Below, piece by piece: positions 25,803 to 38,739 of a stretch of 64,000 bases of DNA (the first letter of the stretch is position 1; every line of letters starts with the position of its first letter). Both the position numbers and the translations under genes were made by a program. The stretch lies in contig NW_024704743.1 in the NCBI RefSeq assembly GCF_018977255.1, forward strand, positions 15,192,001-15,256,000, written 5' to 3'. This stretch comes from Callorhinchus milii. Lineage: Eukaryota. Under the pieces are notes generated by a model. It ran no database searches and was not told the origin of the DNA. It saw nothing but the letters and a program-made list of their open reading frames with translations.

Positions 25803-27149
25803 GTATGTATCTGCTATGTTGTCACACAATGTGATTTGGACAATTTATATAGTCTTATAAATCAGGGGCTACAGCGAATATTGTTTTTGTGTTTATATAC
25901 AGGAAGGAAAAGATTTTTCCATGCATTAATTATGTACTTGCCCTTTAAAAATGTTGAATGATCCACTAAGTTTTCAACAACTGTTCTATGCCTCAGGTTT
26001 AACAACATCTGAAGATACCAAAGGTATTTTGTTTTTTTTAACAATTTTGTTCATTTGGTTTTTTTGCACGTTCTGGTGATTTAAGTTGGCAAGGTGGTTT
26101 TGATTAAGTTTGTCACATTCCTTAAAGTAGTAGACAGCCATCAGTAACAAATAACTTAAGCACTGTTATAGCTCAATTTGGTTTAAGTGAGACTTACTGC
26201 AAACATTTCAAGTTTAAAACCAAAAATCTCCTTGGTTCTATGCGTAGCAAGAATTCACCACACGTTTAAGGCATTCTGTTTCTGCCTTCTGTGGACCAAA
26301 ATGTTCATAGTTGTATCCTTTGCACATCTCATCTCTGTCTTATTTTTTTATTTTATACCTAATTCAAAACGCAGCATTGGATAGATATGTGCTGTTTGTC
26401 AATGTGTTTGAAACTTTCATCAAACTTAACAAAGAAAAAAAATGTTGCATTGCAGTTCAGATCATACTTCTCAACCTCCAATTTATGAAGGATAGCCTGA
26501 GTCTAACTGAGAATAACATTTTGCTCAATGAATGAAAACCATATATTTCAAAAGTAACTACGTCCTAAATGGCTTGTTAATGTCTCCTGAGAAATATCCT
26601 ATTCCTAGTTCTTTCTCTTCTACCCCTCCTTGCTTGCCCAGGGCCAATACTATATCAGCTCCACTGCCCCATGCAACATTTTAAACAGAAGGTACATTCC
26701 TATGGAATTGTCTGTTTGGGGATTTGCAGTATTAGTCCGACGGAACCCCAGGATTGTACTGCCCACATTATAACAGTGGTGTCCTTGGATCCACACCAGT
26801 GAAGTACACCTGACTGTAGCCAAGTCAGGATAGTCAGGTGACTGTTAACCCCTTGAATGTGCTCTATACACGGAAGTTTCACAACATCATTTCGGGAAGG
26901 AAGTTGACCAAGAAGGTGGCCTTTTTTTAGGGCTTCACTGAGCCATTAGATGTAGACAACCACTTTATAATCTGATTCCCCTATTTGTGTCTTTGTCATA
27001 ATGATTTCCATATTAACATTGCAATCATATACTTTGTATGTGATCACCTTCTATAAATTCTTGTAGATGTACTATGAAAAACTTGTGAGAAAAGTTTAGC
27101 ATTCGTTAGTGCATTGTGAAATTGTCCTTTCCAATCTTACACTAAATGC

Positions 27150-27582
27150 AGTTGAAACCCTCAATTCTTCCTTTGTTACCTCCTCGGTTTCCTAAATGTA
27201 CTCCTCATTTGTCCCCCAGTTATAGCATCCACAGGTTCCAGCTAATACAAAACTCCTGGCAGATTCACCAACAAAATCCCTTCATAGCCTAGCACCTCCC
27301 TATAACTATTATATTCTCCTACTCCACTCTTTTGCTTGCCACCCTCTGCTCCGCTAATTTGGGCCTGCTGCATATCACCCACTTTGTGCGCAACACAATA
27401 GGTGGTCGAGCCTTCAACAACTGTGCCCCTGACCTCAGGAACTCCATCCCAATATCTCTTCATCTCACACTTCAAATTCCACCTAAAAACTACACTTCCA
27501 GCTTGCTTAGCCACCTTCCCCTCCTCCCTTACTTACCATCCAACATCATTATTTTGAAAGGTGCTATATAAATGCAAGTTGT
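27150..27582 (+). mobile_element. Old L2 3' fragment
   Basis: TIGGRAFNNCAPDLRNSIP; tail aaggtgctatataaatgcaagttg. Confidence 0.7.
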
Positions 27583-28774
27583 TTTAAGTTACTTGTTTAG
27601 TGTTCCATAAATCCATTCTTGGTTAATAGATCCATTTTATGCAGGAACATTTCATCACTTTCAACTACATGCTGAGAATTAGATATTTTAAAACTGTGAC
27701 ATGTGATCCTATGCGTGAATATTATTTTAGATTATTTTCATATTAATTTTTTAATTGTCTGCTCTATCTACCATTGATTTGCTGGCTATTTGAGCAGCTG
27801 ACTACTACTTTAATTTATTTGCTCTTATTTTCAAATAATTTTTAAAGATCATCCTGTTTTGGAATTTGCTTGTGTTTTAATGCTGCAACCTTTAGTTTTG
27901 TGCAGAAAGCTTTTTNAAAAAAACATTGCAGGTAGAACAAAATCTAATATAACTTTAACATTTACATATTGATTTTGACATCTCCATGTTACTGGCCAAA
28001 GGCATAAAGCTTGCAATTTAGTGATAGTTTTCCATCAGAGAATGAATTTGAAAACTTTGATTTGCACCCTTATACAGTAGTGATTTCAAGAAATTTAAGA
28101 GGCAGTTTATTTAAGAGGCAGATTAAATCAAGTGTAACTAGACAAATATAGAGCTCTGATATAAAATGAACCTGGTAATTATAAACTGTTTTCTCTCTGT
28201 TAAAAGCTACATTTCAGATGATAAACAACCTATGTTAAATTACTAGAAATATCTGGCATACATTTTATATTTTTGGCTAATCTAAATGATGCACTTAACA
28301 TAATCACAGGAATCACAAATTTAGTGCATTATCCAAACTCTCTTCCTTCCCATTTTTCTTCATGGGCATTCTTCATGAACCAACCTGCAGCAGAAGAGAG
28401 CAAATCTCCAATTATTGTATCACTGCGTAATTTCAGTATCACTTTATTCTTGCTGACTGGAGATGCAATTGCTGTGATAAAGTCTTAATCCCATCTCTTA
28501 TTGGGGAATCTGTTACTTGAATTGTCAAAAACATATTCCAAGTGTGTTTGACAGCTTTCAGCACAAGGCAGTTGTGAGACAGAGTTGTCAAACAAATAGA
28601 GTCGTGGCTTGCCCATTTCTGCTGATTATCATTGTAAACATGATCCTAGTGTACTAAAATGATCCATATTGTATATTTATTCATAATTGCATCATTTTGT
28701 TTTTATTCTGCTCTATGATTTCTTGACTTGCTTTGCGTATTACTTGGTATGAATTTTATTTCCTGTGTTTTCAG

Positions 28775-28831
28775 TTGCAAGCTTCTATGCATCTTCACCG
28801 AGGATTAAAACAAAGCATCTGCTTATCCATG
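28775..28831 (+). CDS. CLASP2: Candidate alternative 57-nt cassette exon: LASFYASSPRIKTKHLLIH
   Basis: Good acceptor (tttcctgtgttttcag); open, frame-preserving, phase 1-1; donor G|gttttt is weak. Confidence 0.5.
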
Positions 28832-29120
28832 GTTTTTAACTGCAGTTAATATTATATAGTAATACTTGGCTATAAATGTCACCTGCTTATACATCTTACT
28901 TTCATTGCTTTATATTAGTGTCTGATTTTAAGAGTTCTTGTGCTTCAAAGCCATAGAAGCTGCTTTGGTGCAAACCACTTGTTTTATTTCTATGAACTGA
29001 CCAAAGCTTGTTTTCTCCATTTGCCATTCATTTAAATCTGCTGTGTTCCTTCCCTCCATATGGATTTTCCAAACCAAACAAAACAAAAAAATCCCTAATC
29101 CTGCCTTTACACTTGTTCAG

Positions 29121-29147
29121 GATCACAGTCAGCCAATCCCAATGGTG
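29121..29147 (+). CDS. CLASP2: CLASP 27-nt microexon: RSQSANPNG
   Basis: ctaat branch, ttgttcag|GATCACAGTCAGCCAATCCCAATGGTG|gtaaga; phase 1-1; resembles the CLASP1 alternative segment RSRSANPAG at the same position. Confidence 0.85.
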
Positions 29148-30156
29148 GTAAGACTCTATGGACTTTAGATGTGTTGTCTGTGATGTGCTCATCATTTTCA
29201 TGCACTCTACTGTAGTTAGAGAAGGATGATTCCCCCCAGGACCACAAAACTGTATAATAATAATCATTGCATTTGATACAGCATCTTATCAGGTCATTGA
29301 GACGTCTCAAAGCGCTTCACAGAACATATTGTAAAGTGGATTGACTGTGTATAAATACATGAGTTTTTTTTATCATTTCTTGTAATACAAAACTCTTTTT
29401 TTTCACAAATACTGTAATTAATTATAATTTAGAACTAGCAGTGAACCACAATGTGGAATAATATTAGTAGTTAGAAGTATTGCGCTCTTCCAGGAACAGT
29501 TTAGTAATTGATGTACTCTTCCTTATATTAATCTTCTATTCATTTACGTTCACTTTCAAATAAATGGTATAGAAATCCTGCGATGGATCTAGCATTGAAA
29601 GTGATGCATGAAATTTAGAGAGATGGTTAAGGCATCATTTCAATACCACTCACCATTCAATTAGTTACATTTGGAGTATTGAACTAAACAGTTAATGAAA
29701 GTGATTGGTTGTGTTCATTTCTTTCAAAATGTGTAATTCCTTGTATTTAAATAATAAGGGACCTCTGACTCTGAAAATGACTTGTTACTTGGTAAATCTT
29801 AAAGGAATTTGATTCTTAATGAAATTTGATGATTTAAGTTTAACTCTATGAATGTACCTTGAGTAATAGAACAAATGGACAAGCTGGTGCAATGTTACAA
29901 GGGCACAGTAGTTGGACTTGCTCAAACAGATAAACTTCTCTTAAATTGAATACTTTGCTTAGTTTTGCCATAACCTTTGGACACTTTACCATATTCACAT
30001 GACTTTTTAGTAGAGACTCTTCTAAAGAGTAAGAAAACACAAATCTTGACTGGTATCAGTGCCAAGTATCTGGTTATGTTTACCTATCCTTTTATCTGCT
30101 TTGAATAACAACTGTGTAGAAATATTGGGGGTATCACTTTCTTCTTCGGATTTCAG

Positions 30157-30327
30157 CTGCCAGCCGCTCTGGTTCTCCCGGAAGGGTGCTGACTAGCACT
30201 GCACTTTCAACTGTGAGCAGTGCAACACAGCGAGTGATGCCTACAGGAGGTCCAGTGCAGAAGCGCAGTAAGATTCCACGTAGTCAAGGGTGTAGTAGAG
30301 AAGCAAGCCCCTCTCGATTGACTTTAG
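30157..30327 (+). CDS. CLASP2: CLASP2 exon with first SxIP (SKIP) EB1-binding motif: ASRSGSPGRVLTSTALSTVSSATQRVMPTGGPVQKRSKIPRSQGCSREASPSRLTL
   Basis: tttcag|...G|gtaaga, 171 nt; SGSPGRVLTxTALSTVSS is CLASP2-type. Confidence 0.97.
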
Positions 30328-31245
30328 GTAAGAAATTTTCAACACGTCTTTTGCCTTTAATAGTTTATAATTTTTTGAAACCGCATAATTTTGGCTGAAG
30401 TGCAAAAAATGTAGGAAGTGTCATCTCCAACAAATTAACACACTTATGCTTTTACAGTCAATTCTATGAAATAGAGTATAAGTCCAGTTTGTTGCTTGTC
30501 GTGTCAGCTGCCGAAACTCCCTTCAAAAGTTGATTTTCAAAAGGTAAATGGTTTGCACCCTGCTAAGATGTTTTCCTCTTAAATTTTTGGATCCCTATTC
30601 TTTTGATTCTTCAACTAACAATGCACTGTCGAATTATACTATGTTGATACTGAATGATCACAAAATTCCTGAAACAGCTTGGAAGAGGGGGTTTCAAGAC
30701 TAATGCGATTTTTACATGGGAGGTGTAAATTGCGACAGCCTTACTGGCACACCTTTTCATAGCTCTGACAATCTGTTGAACTATTGCAAACATTCATTAA
30801 TAAAGGGAAAGTCACATGATCATCTCTTACCATCTTTGAAAATCAAACAGCCAATTTTGGCGAAGACTTTTTTGGCCTATGTAAAAGCAATGTGAACAAG
30901 ACAACATAAAGTCTTCTCATTTCACATGTTATATACCTGGCAGTATAAATAAACCACAACTTTAATAGTGCTGATTGCAGAGAGAATAAATATTTTATTC
31001 CCAGGTGAATGATTAATTTCAAATCCTTTAATATAATAAACAAGCTCAATTGAGTCTTGATTTGAATGTAGGATCTGATTTTTCTCATACCCGACCACTG
31101 GACTGTTTTTAACTTCTTTTAGTACAAATGTGCTGGTTTGGTTGTTTAGACTGATTATGAAAGTAATATAACATTTGCTTGGTAGTAGTTGTTGTTATCA
31201 GAGAATGGTATTACAGATTGCAAGGAACACCAAACAATTGTTTAA

Positions 31246-31330
31246 TCTACCTACCTACATACCCACCCACCCACCTACCTACATACCACCCATCCACCCA
31301 CCTACCTACATACCCACCTACCTATCTAAC
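31246..31330. repeat. Compound (CCTA/CCCA)n microsatellite
   Basis: ctacctacctacatacccacccacccacctacctacatacc... Confidence 0.9.
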
Positions 31331-32049
31331 TACTAATAAAACGACAATGTCTGTCTCCGCTTCATGAAGGATCTTAATAACCGATTGATGTAGAGACATG
31401 TTTTATACCTTATCGGAAAGGTCTTGCATCTGGGAGTGACATGAGCATATTTGTTTTCAGGTAGCTCCTATCATTCACGAGTTATTTTCAGTTTTACATT
31501 TTTCACTTCAGTTACACCTGATGGCCACTGAGTCAAAGTAGCACTGTGGCCCATCCGTCAAAGAGCACATACGTGCACACTGCAATTACACCTGGTGGTC
31601 TTGATGGCTGACCATGGCGCTGTGGCATCCTGCATCACAAGGCACATACGTAGCCAAGCAGCGGGAACAAAATGAACACAAACAAAGCTAAGCCGCGGAA
31701 CAAAAACAAAATTACATTTTTAAATCGCTGAGTCTTCCCACTGAGTCCTCCCAAAAGGAATCCTCCCACAGGAGTCCTCCCAGATGAGTATAGATAAAGA
31801 TGAAATGTCTGTCTGTGTGTCAGTTTACATTCCATATTGGATCCTTTGGTTGCAAGCCAAGCTGCAACAGGTACAGGTACAGCTAGGTTTTATAATAGTT
31901 TTTGTTGTTGGCCACACCTTCACCACACTTAATAACTTACACTGCCGTCAACGTAGTCTTCGTTCAACAAGTGAGAACGAAGTTAAATATAGAGTCATGA
32001 TCAATAATAGCAAATTGTTGGACAGCATATTTTAAGTGCAAGAAACAAA

Positions 32050-32225
32050 AAACAGAATGCCAGAAATCTGAAATAAAACACAAAACACTGGAAATACAGG
32101 TACATCAGCATCTGGAAAAGAAAGATTTATTTCTGGTTGAAACTGAGTTAGAAATGCTGATCAAGGATGACCTTAAACATTCTCTCTCAGATGCTCATTA
32201 ACCTGCAGTGCATTTCCAGGATTTT
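32050..32225. repeat. Degenerate palindromic (Penelope-derived-like) repeat typical of chondrichthyans
   Basis: Arm ctggaaatacagg..cagcatctg pairs imperfectly with cagatgct..cctgc..atttccag; family name is inference. Confidence 0.45.
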
Positions 32226-33903
32226 CTCTTAAATGGGAATTTTAGAACTCAGATGACATGACTATAGCTGTGACAAATTTGTGTGGAGTCCTTAAAGCTT
32301 TAGTTATAACTCATCAAAAGCTTCAGGCAACACTGAATTTGTGCCGAGTGGATGCAACAATCTGGCTAGATAAACCAATAAAGGTTGTAGACAGTAATGC
32401 TTTTCAATATGCCACATTGGCATCAAGTGCATGATAAATGCAATGCGTTTAGAATACCAAACTTTGTTGCTGTTTATATGGAGCTTGTAATGCAAATAAC
32501 AGAACTGGCTTTTCAGTGCTGCAATCACTTTGGCCTCCAATCTCTGAAACCTGGTGATCAAACTTTAGTTCACAATTATTTGGGTGGTTTCACAGTTGAT
32601 ATATTGTTGCTTGTCCTTTACTCCATTAAATTATTCTGTTTCATTTTCTTTTGTCACTTTTGTACTTCAGTATTTCTTTCATCATTTAGAGCAGTTTTGG
32701 CCAACCTCAGTAGCTACTGTAAACAAAATATTTAACACAGACTTACCCAGACTAGTGCAAATGTTCAGTGGGCTGCTTCTTGACATCCCTGCGGACCAAA
32801 AATGACCCGAGAGCCATGAGTTGGCTGCACTGATTTTGAGGTACTTAATCTTAGCCATGTGTGCACTTTCAGCTGGGTTAGAACCATTTGATAACGTTTA
32901 GATTGATTTAATCTGAGCTGAGGTCCATGAATGGGAGCGACTGCTCTTGGATGCTACTAAATGTAGATGTAGTGTAGATTTAGATGTAAGTGTAGATCCT
33001 AAGTGATTGAAGGTGGTTGTAAATTAAGGAATCGCAAAGATGACCTTTAAATGGGGAGTAGGTTGTCAGAAAGCTCACCAGCTGTATTTTTCCTGGGAAT
33101 TGCATTTCTGATTACTTTATTATTATTATTATTATTGATTGATTGATTAATTACTTCATTGAATTGTCAATTTTCTTCTTCTATTTTTCTGTTTGAACAT
33201 GATTTATATAAATCATCATGTAAATTAATTTGACAAAGTGTATTTAATACCAAGTAATTTTGCATGCAGTATTCCTCATTAATATTGGTCCATGATATGT
33301 ATACTTCTGGAAATACATTTTTTGATACCTATATATGGCACAAAATCACCAGATTTTTCTGTTAGTTGTGGATACCTCCCCAATGTTTTACGATCTTATT
33401 ATTAAAGTAACAGCTACTATTAAATGAAATTATTTTCCCTCTGATGTTAACCTTTGTGGTAATTGGTTACCACTTCAGAACAGAATAGGAGTATTCAGGT
33501 AAGGTGACAGAATTTGTGAACCATTGCATTCTGATGTATCTTTGACTGCAAGAAGTAAAAGCAAACTGGAGGTGGCTTTTAATGTACCCTACAGATTTGA
33601 ATAATGCCTGGGGTCCATTGAAGTGATGTAGGGAGGGGAGAGATGCAGCATATTTTGCCTTGATATAATCAATCCCCATTGGCTTTGTTCCTACACTGAG
33701 CTCACCAAGCATTTACCACCAGTGGTATGAAAAAAACAATACGTTGAATACCCATCCCCCAAAAGATCATATTTACACGAACAAAGAAGGTGAGATCATT
33801 GATATTTCAGGTTGGAAAATGCCTGTTATTTTTTAAGTGAGCGAGTGTTTGGAAAAAAGTAAATTTGGGTTTGTTTATTTATTTTTGACCTGATCCCTGC
33901 TAG

Positions 33904-34011
33904 TTCGGGGCAGCCGCATCCCTCGACCTAGTATGAGTCAGGGCTGCAGCCGGGATGCAAGCCGTGAGAGCAGCAGGGACACCAGTCCTGTTCGGTCCTT
34001 TACTCCACTTG
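33904..34011 (+). CDS. CLASP2: CLASP2 exon with second SxIP (SRIP) and GSK3-type serine ladder: [36 protein letters not shown]
   Basis: gctag|...G|gtaagt, 108 nt, phase 1-1 (skippable in frame). Confidence 0.97.
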
Positions 34012-34518
34012 GTAAGTACAAGGAACCAATACATAGTGCATGGCTACCCATTTTCCTCCGTTGCCACCCAGCTAATGGTCCTGTTTGGCTGCATTGTCCT
34101 TTTCCATTTATCATTCCTGTAGAACAGTCTCTCTTCATTCATCTTTCAACAAGCTGCACAGTTGCATGTGTCACCTGATTTATGTTTATAAACCATTTAG
34201 TTCAGTTGGAATTTACTGCATGCTGTGGAGTATTTGGTAGCTGCTTGTAGTTCAAACATTAGTTGAATGCTTTCCAGTCCAGAATTTCTCACGCTCAAAC
34301 TCAGGTGAGAAATTGTTCTTGTTGCAAATGTAGTGACTTTGAAGTTGTGCACTCGTGTCATTTTTCTGTTTCGTTGCATATAAGTCACTACATTTTGCTG
34401 CAGGAAAAATGATTTGTCAATGAAAACTATTATCCAAAATTACTCTTAAGTCGGTTTAACTTAGTTGTTAAATTGAAATACTAAATATTTCCGGCTTTAA
34501 AATCGTTCACAAAAAAAG

Positions 34519-34992
34519 CAGAATAATTTTAAAAAATCAATATAACTATTTTTTGAGTCAATTTATTTCTCTAATAGTAATAAATGGGAAAGTCGCTCTT
34601 GTCATCTGTATTTTTTGATACTGAATAATAAATTGATCACTAGTACCACAGATTCAGTTGCAAAAGCCTAGAATCACAGAATTAAGATTTTCCAATGTTT
34701 GTGCATATGTTGTTGGACACATGGAAATGTTGAGCAAAACGTCCTTGCCATTTTAATTGATAAAAATCAAGAAACATTTTGAGCTATTGCTGCTACAGGG
34801 AAGATTCTTGAAAAGCTACAGTACTTCAAGAATTTTGCAATCCACCAATTTTCCTCCTCCCACCAGCAGCAAATCCCGATGACCTTATTTTCACTTACAA
34901 AGCACATGACAAGAGCTATTTTTCCATTTATTACTATTAGAGAAATAAATTGACTCAAAAAATAGTTATATTGATGTTTTAAAATTATTCTG
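34519..34992. repeat. 87-bp inverted repeat pair (34519-34605 / 34906-34992)
   Basis: Manual alignment: 83/87 complementary, 300-bp spacer. Confidence 0.95.
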
Positions 34993-35884
34993 ATCAATAA
35001 GGATTTAATTGGCCTGGTGTTGGATACAGAGCTATCATACTTTATATATTAAGGTAATCTCTGAACTCACTTGTATCTTTGATGTCGAAAGCTCCAATTT
35101 TTTTAAGTTCATTTCATCTCAAGTACAATTCCCATTTCTTGTTTTGATCTATTATTGGGTTTACTTGATATTCAAATAGTGGAACTGGAAGGGATTTAAC
35201 AAATGCCATTGCCTTGAAGTGAGTTGTTACCTCTGTTGTGTTGATAACATTTATGGAAATTGTGCATCACGGTGCTGCTTAATTCAGTGAGTGTGTGCAC
35301 AACATACTGTTATAGGTAAGTGATTTAGGGTACTCTACCATGTTCACTGACTTTGATACACACACTGTAAAGGATATTGGGCTTCCAAGTAATTTCTATG
35401 GATATGAAAGACCACAAGAGATGTCAAAATTTGCATTAGATCTTAGACAAAGCTTTTTTTTTTAAAAGTTCTAACTGTAGATTGAATTATTTAATACACA
35501 ACTTCTTTTGATTATTTGACTTATGTTCAATCTTATATTTTTTAACAAGATTATCTCTCAGAGCAAGTCCTGGACAAATTGGGTCAATTGTTTTGCTTGC
35601 TTCCCTCCCACTCTTATAAAGTCTTGAACATTGATTTTGATTAAACTCAACATATAATAGGGGAGGTCTTCATGTTGAACTTCATTTTGGGGTGTTCAAC
35701 TTGCATATCAATGTGAATTTGTTTTTTGCACAACGTAAAATTTAAAAGTGTAATTTTTTATTTTACACAAGATAGAAAGTAAACCCACAGCAGTTCAATG
35801 CTTTCATATGTGCAACGGCAATAAAACAAAGGGACACAGATTCAGAGTTGTGAACTGCAAAATTAGGACATTCACAGGAAGTAC

Positions 35885-36550
35885 TCAGTGCATCACCATC
35901 CATGGTTGCACACTCCACCTTGCTAAGCCAGTCCGGAACCTTGGGGTCTTGTTTGACCCTCAATTATCCTTTCTACCCCATATCTGCCCCATGACCCGCT
36001 CTGCCTTCCCCCACCTCCGCAACATCGTTCGGCTCCGACACTGTCTCACACCGCAGGCTGCTGAAACCCTCGTACATGCCTTCATTACATCGAGGCTCCA
36101 CTATGCAAACTCATTGCTTGTCGGCCTCCACAACTCCTCCCTCTATAGGCTGCAGATCATCCAGAACTCTGCAGCCCGTGTCCTCTCCCGCACCAGGCTC
36201 CGCAACCCTTTCAAGATCCTGGTCCTCACCTTCAAAGCCCTCCACGATCTTGCTCCCCCCTATCTCTCCGACTTCCTAACCCCCTACCATCCTGTTCGCT
36301 CCCTCCGCTCAGCGGGCTCCGGCCTGCTTCACATCCCCCACCTTGCTCGCCCCAGTATTGGCGGGCGGGCTTCCACCACTCTTCCCCCACCCTGTGGAAC
36401 TCCATCCCGCAGTCCCTCCACCTCATCCCCTCCCTCGCACCTTCAAGACCCACCTCAAGACCCTCCTCTTCGATCTCCCTGCTTCCCCCCCTGCCCCCCC
36501 CCCCCAGCTCAGGTCCGTAACTCTGTCAAATGTGATTTTGTTGTTGTTGT
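35885..36550 (+). mobile_element. L2 3' fragment
   Basis: ORF 35808..36608 [14 protein letters not shown]...LQIIQNSAARVL; (TTG)n tail. Confidence 0.92.
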
Positions 36551-38417
36551 ACTGTATTTATTTACACAGAAGGTAATGAACAGCTGGAATTACCATAGAT
36601 TACCATAGATTCATGGATAGTTGAGGTGAGACAACAGCGCTTATTTTAAGAAAAACTGATGAAGCTTAAAGATGGTAAGATTGTTTTTCTGAAAAAAATG
36701 AGCATTCAAATAGTCCGAATCACCTTATTCGTTCAAACCACTCTTGTGACAGTTGAACTTTTTCAGCACAATGCATACGCAATTTCAATGAGCCAGAAAG
36801 AGGAGCTGTTTATCGATGGTTGAATGTTATATTGAATTTACAGAAACCAATGTGTAGAACTGTGAAGATTTCACTTTAGTATTTGAGCCCTTCAGTGGAG
36901 TAAACAATGCTGTTGTAGAAACATAGTATTTGATGAAATTGCTTGGTGTTGGGGCCAGTTAGCAGACATGATCTTCCAAACTTTTGGACATATTGTTCAT
37001 TGAAACACAAGCTTTTGCTTTTAATTTTATTTCTGGATTTCCATTTAGTCGATGAGATTGCTAATCGCAAGGCCATTGCCAATATATCACGTCTGGATGT
37101 TTGTGCTGATGTGGTGAGGCTGACATTCATATTTTGACCAGTCTAGTGATGTTACAGTTTAGGGGACAAGTGAAAGCAGTATGAACAGTACTGAGCCATT
37201 GCCCCAGATATGTGTTGAGTGTCTATGGTGGCTCAGCCTACCTAGATCAGAGCCATTAAAATGCCTGTTCATCTTCCATGAGAGCAAGAACTTTGGCAAA
37301 GCTTTGTTTCTGTACTGAGGAGAAGGAGGATGCTGACATCACATCAACTGCCTGTGATCAATATTTATCAAGAGTACCAGCAATTTACTGTTTCACAGAC
37401 AGTGGTGTGTGTATAGTAAGGAGTGAAGTTTATTTTCACACATTGCCTGCATAATGCAAAAGGGAGCCATTAGCCAAGATGTTCATAAATTATTATTCAG
37501 CTAAGATGGTATGTCACGGAGTTGCAGTGTTTTGGTTATGCCATTAATTTTATTCATAAACAATTTCATTTCTCTTAGTGGGGAGGAGAAGAGAAGGGGT
37601 TAAATTGTGCAGAGCTGTAAATATCCTTAAGATGAGGTTCAGGGCAGAAATTGGCCATCTATGTCTCTCAGTGGATTGTGTTTTTAATGTTGGAAACGGA
37701 GCTAGATCAAATTAGTTTGAAGATAAAATTATAATTGTTGACTGAATGCTGCATTTTTGTTGCAAATTGCGGATTGAATACCAGTATCATATCATTGGTA
37801 ACATTAATAGTAGCTTGTATTCGCTGCAAAAGATTTTGAAATCTTAAAAATTGTGCAACAAAATATTGTGGTTTTAAACAGATAAGTATTAGTTTTAATC
37901 TTATAATATCCACCTCTGAGAGAAGTTTCATTTTTGCAATCAAAAAACTTCAGGAGAGAGATGTATGAGGAGAAATTCCACCTGTGTCTGGGTTTCCTCT
38001 GTTGACATCATAGTGTTCAGTATTTGGCAAATTCTTAAATACAGCCTTACCTTTCAAGCCTTTTAAGAACTACAGGAAAATAATATCAGAATTAAACAAC
38101 TAAAATCAACTGTTCGTCTCATTCTGAATGATTTGAAATGCTACATAAATAGAGTGATTCTGGATCCAGGTGAAATTTCTCCCTAATGGCTTGCTGGCTA
38201 TGTTGTACGTTCAGATGACAAAAGTAGTGTTAATGCAAACATTCTGCAATTTTATAAACTGTATTTTGTCTTAACTGATTATACCAAATTGATAGGTCCC
38301 TCTCCTGCTCTTGGATCCCCCCCTCCAACCCCCAGCTCCCCAGGCTTAACATTCAAAGTAATGTTTGTCCATAATTTCATGGTAATAGACTAGGTTTGTA
38401 TCATCCTATAATTACAG

Positions 38418-38480
38418 CTTCCAGACATCAATCCAGATCAACCGGTGCCCTCTACACTACAGATACTTACGGGGCTTCAG
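38418..38480 (+). CDS. CLASP2: CLASP2 63-nt exon: ASRHQSRSTGALYTTDTYGAS
   Basis: ttacag|...G|gtgaag, phase 1-1; resembles human ASRHHSRSTGALYAPEVYGAS. Confidence 0.93.
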
Positions 38481-38739
38481 GTGAAGGATGGTATAATGGC
38501 ATGCCAACGTTGTATCGGCAATTTGACCACTTCATCTGTTTTTTTTGTTGGCATGTTCAAAAATTGGTTTCCACAAGAAACATTTTTTGTCATCTTTCAC
38601 TTTGGCCCTCAATTCATTAAAACATACTTTACAGTGTTGTTTAAATGTACTTATTGCTGTAGGAATGTCTATTAATAAATCGCTTATATTAATGAATTAG
38701 ATTTCCTGCATGGAAAACTTGGGGGATGGTGGGAGGAAG

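Noticed and set aside
27916..27916. Single N between T and A runs
   Set aside because: Assembly ambiguity, not biology; it does caution that homopolymer errors are possible.
37049..37113. Exon-like segment tttag|TCGATGAG...GATGTG|gtgagg
   Set aside because: 65 nt, breaks frame, and the peptide has no resemblance to CLASP that I recognise; a poison exon cannot be excluded without RNA data.
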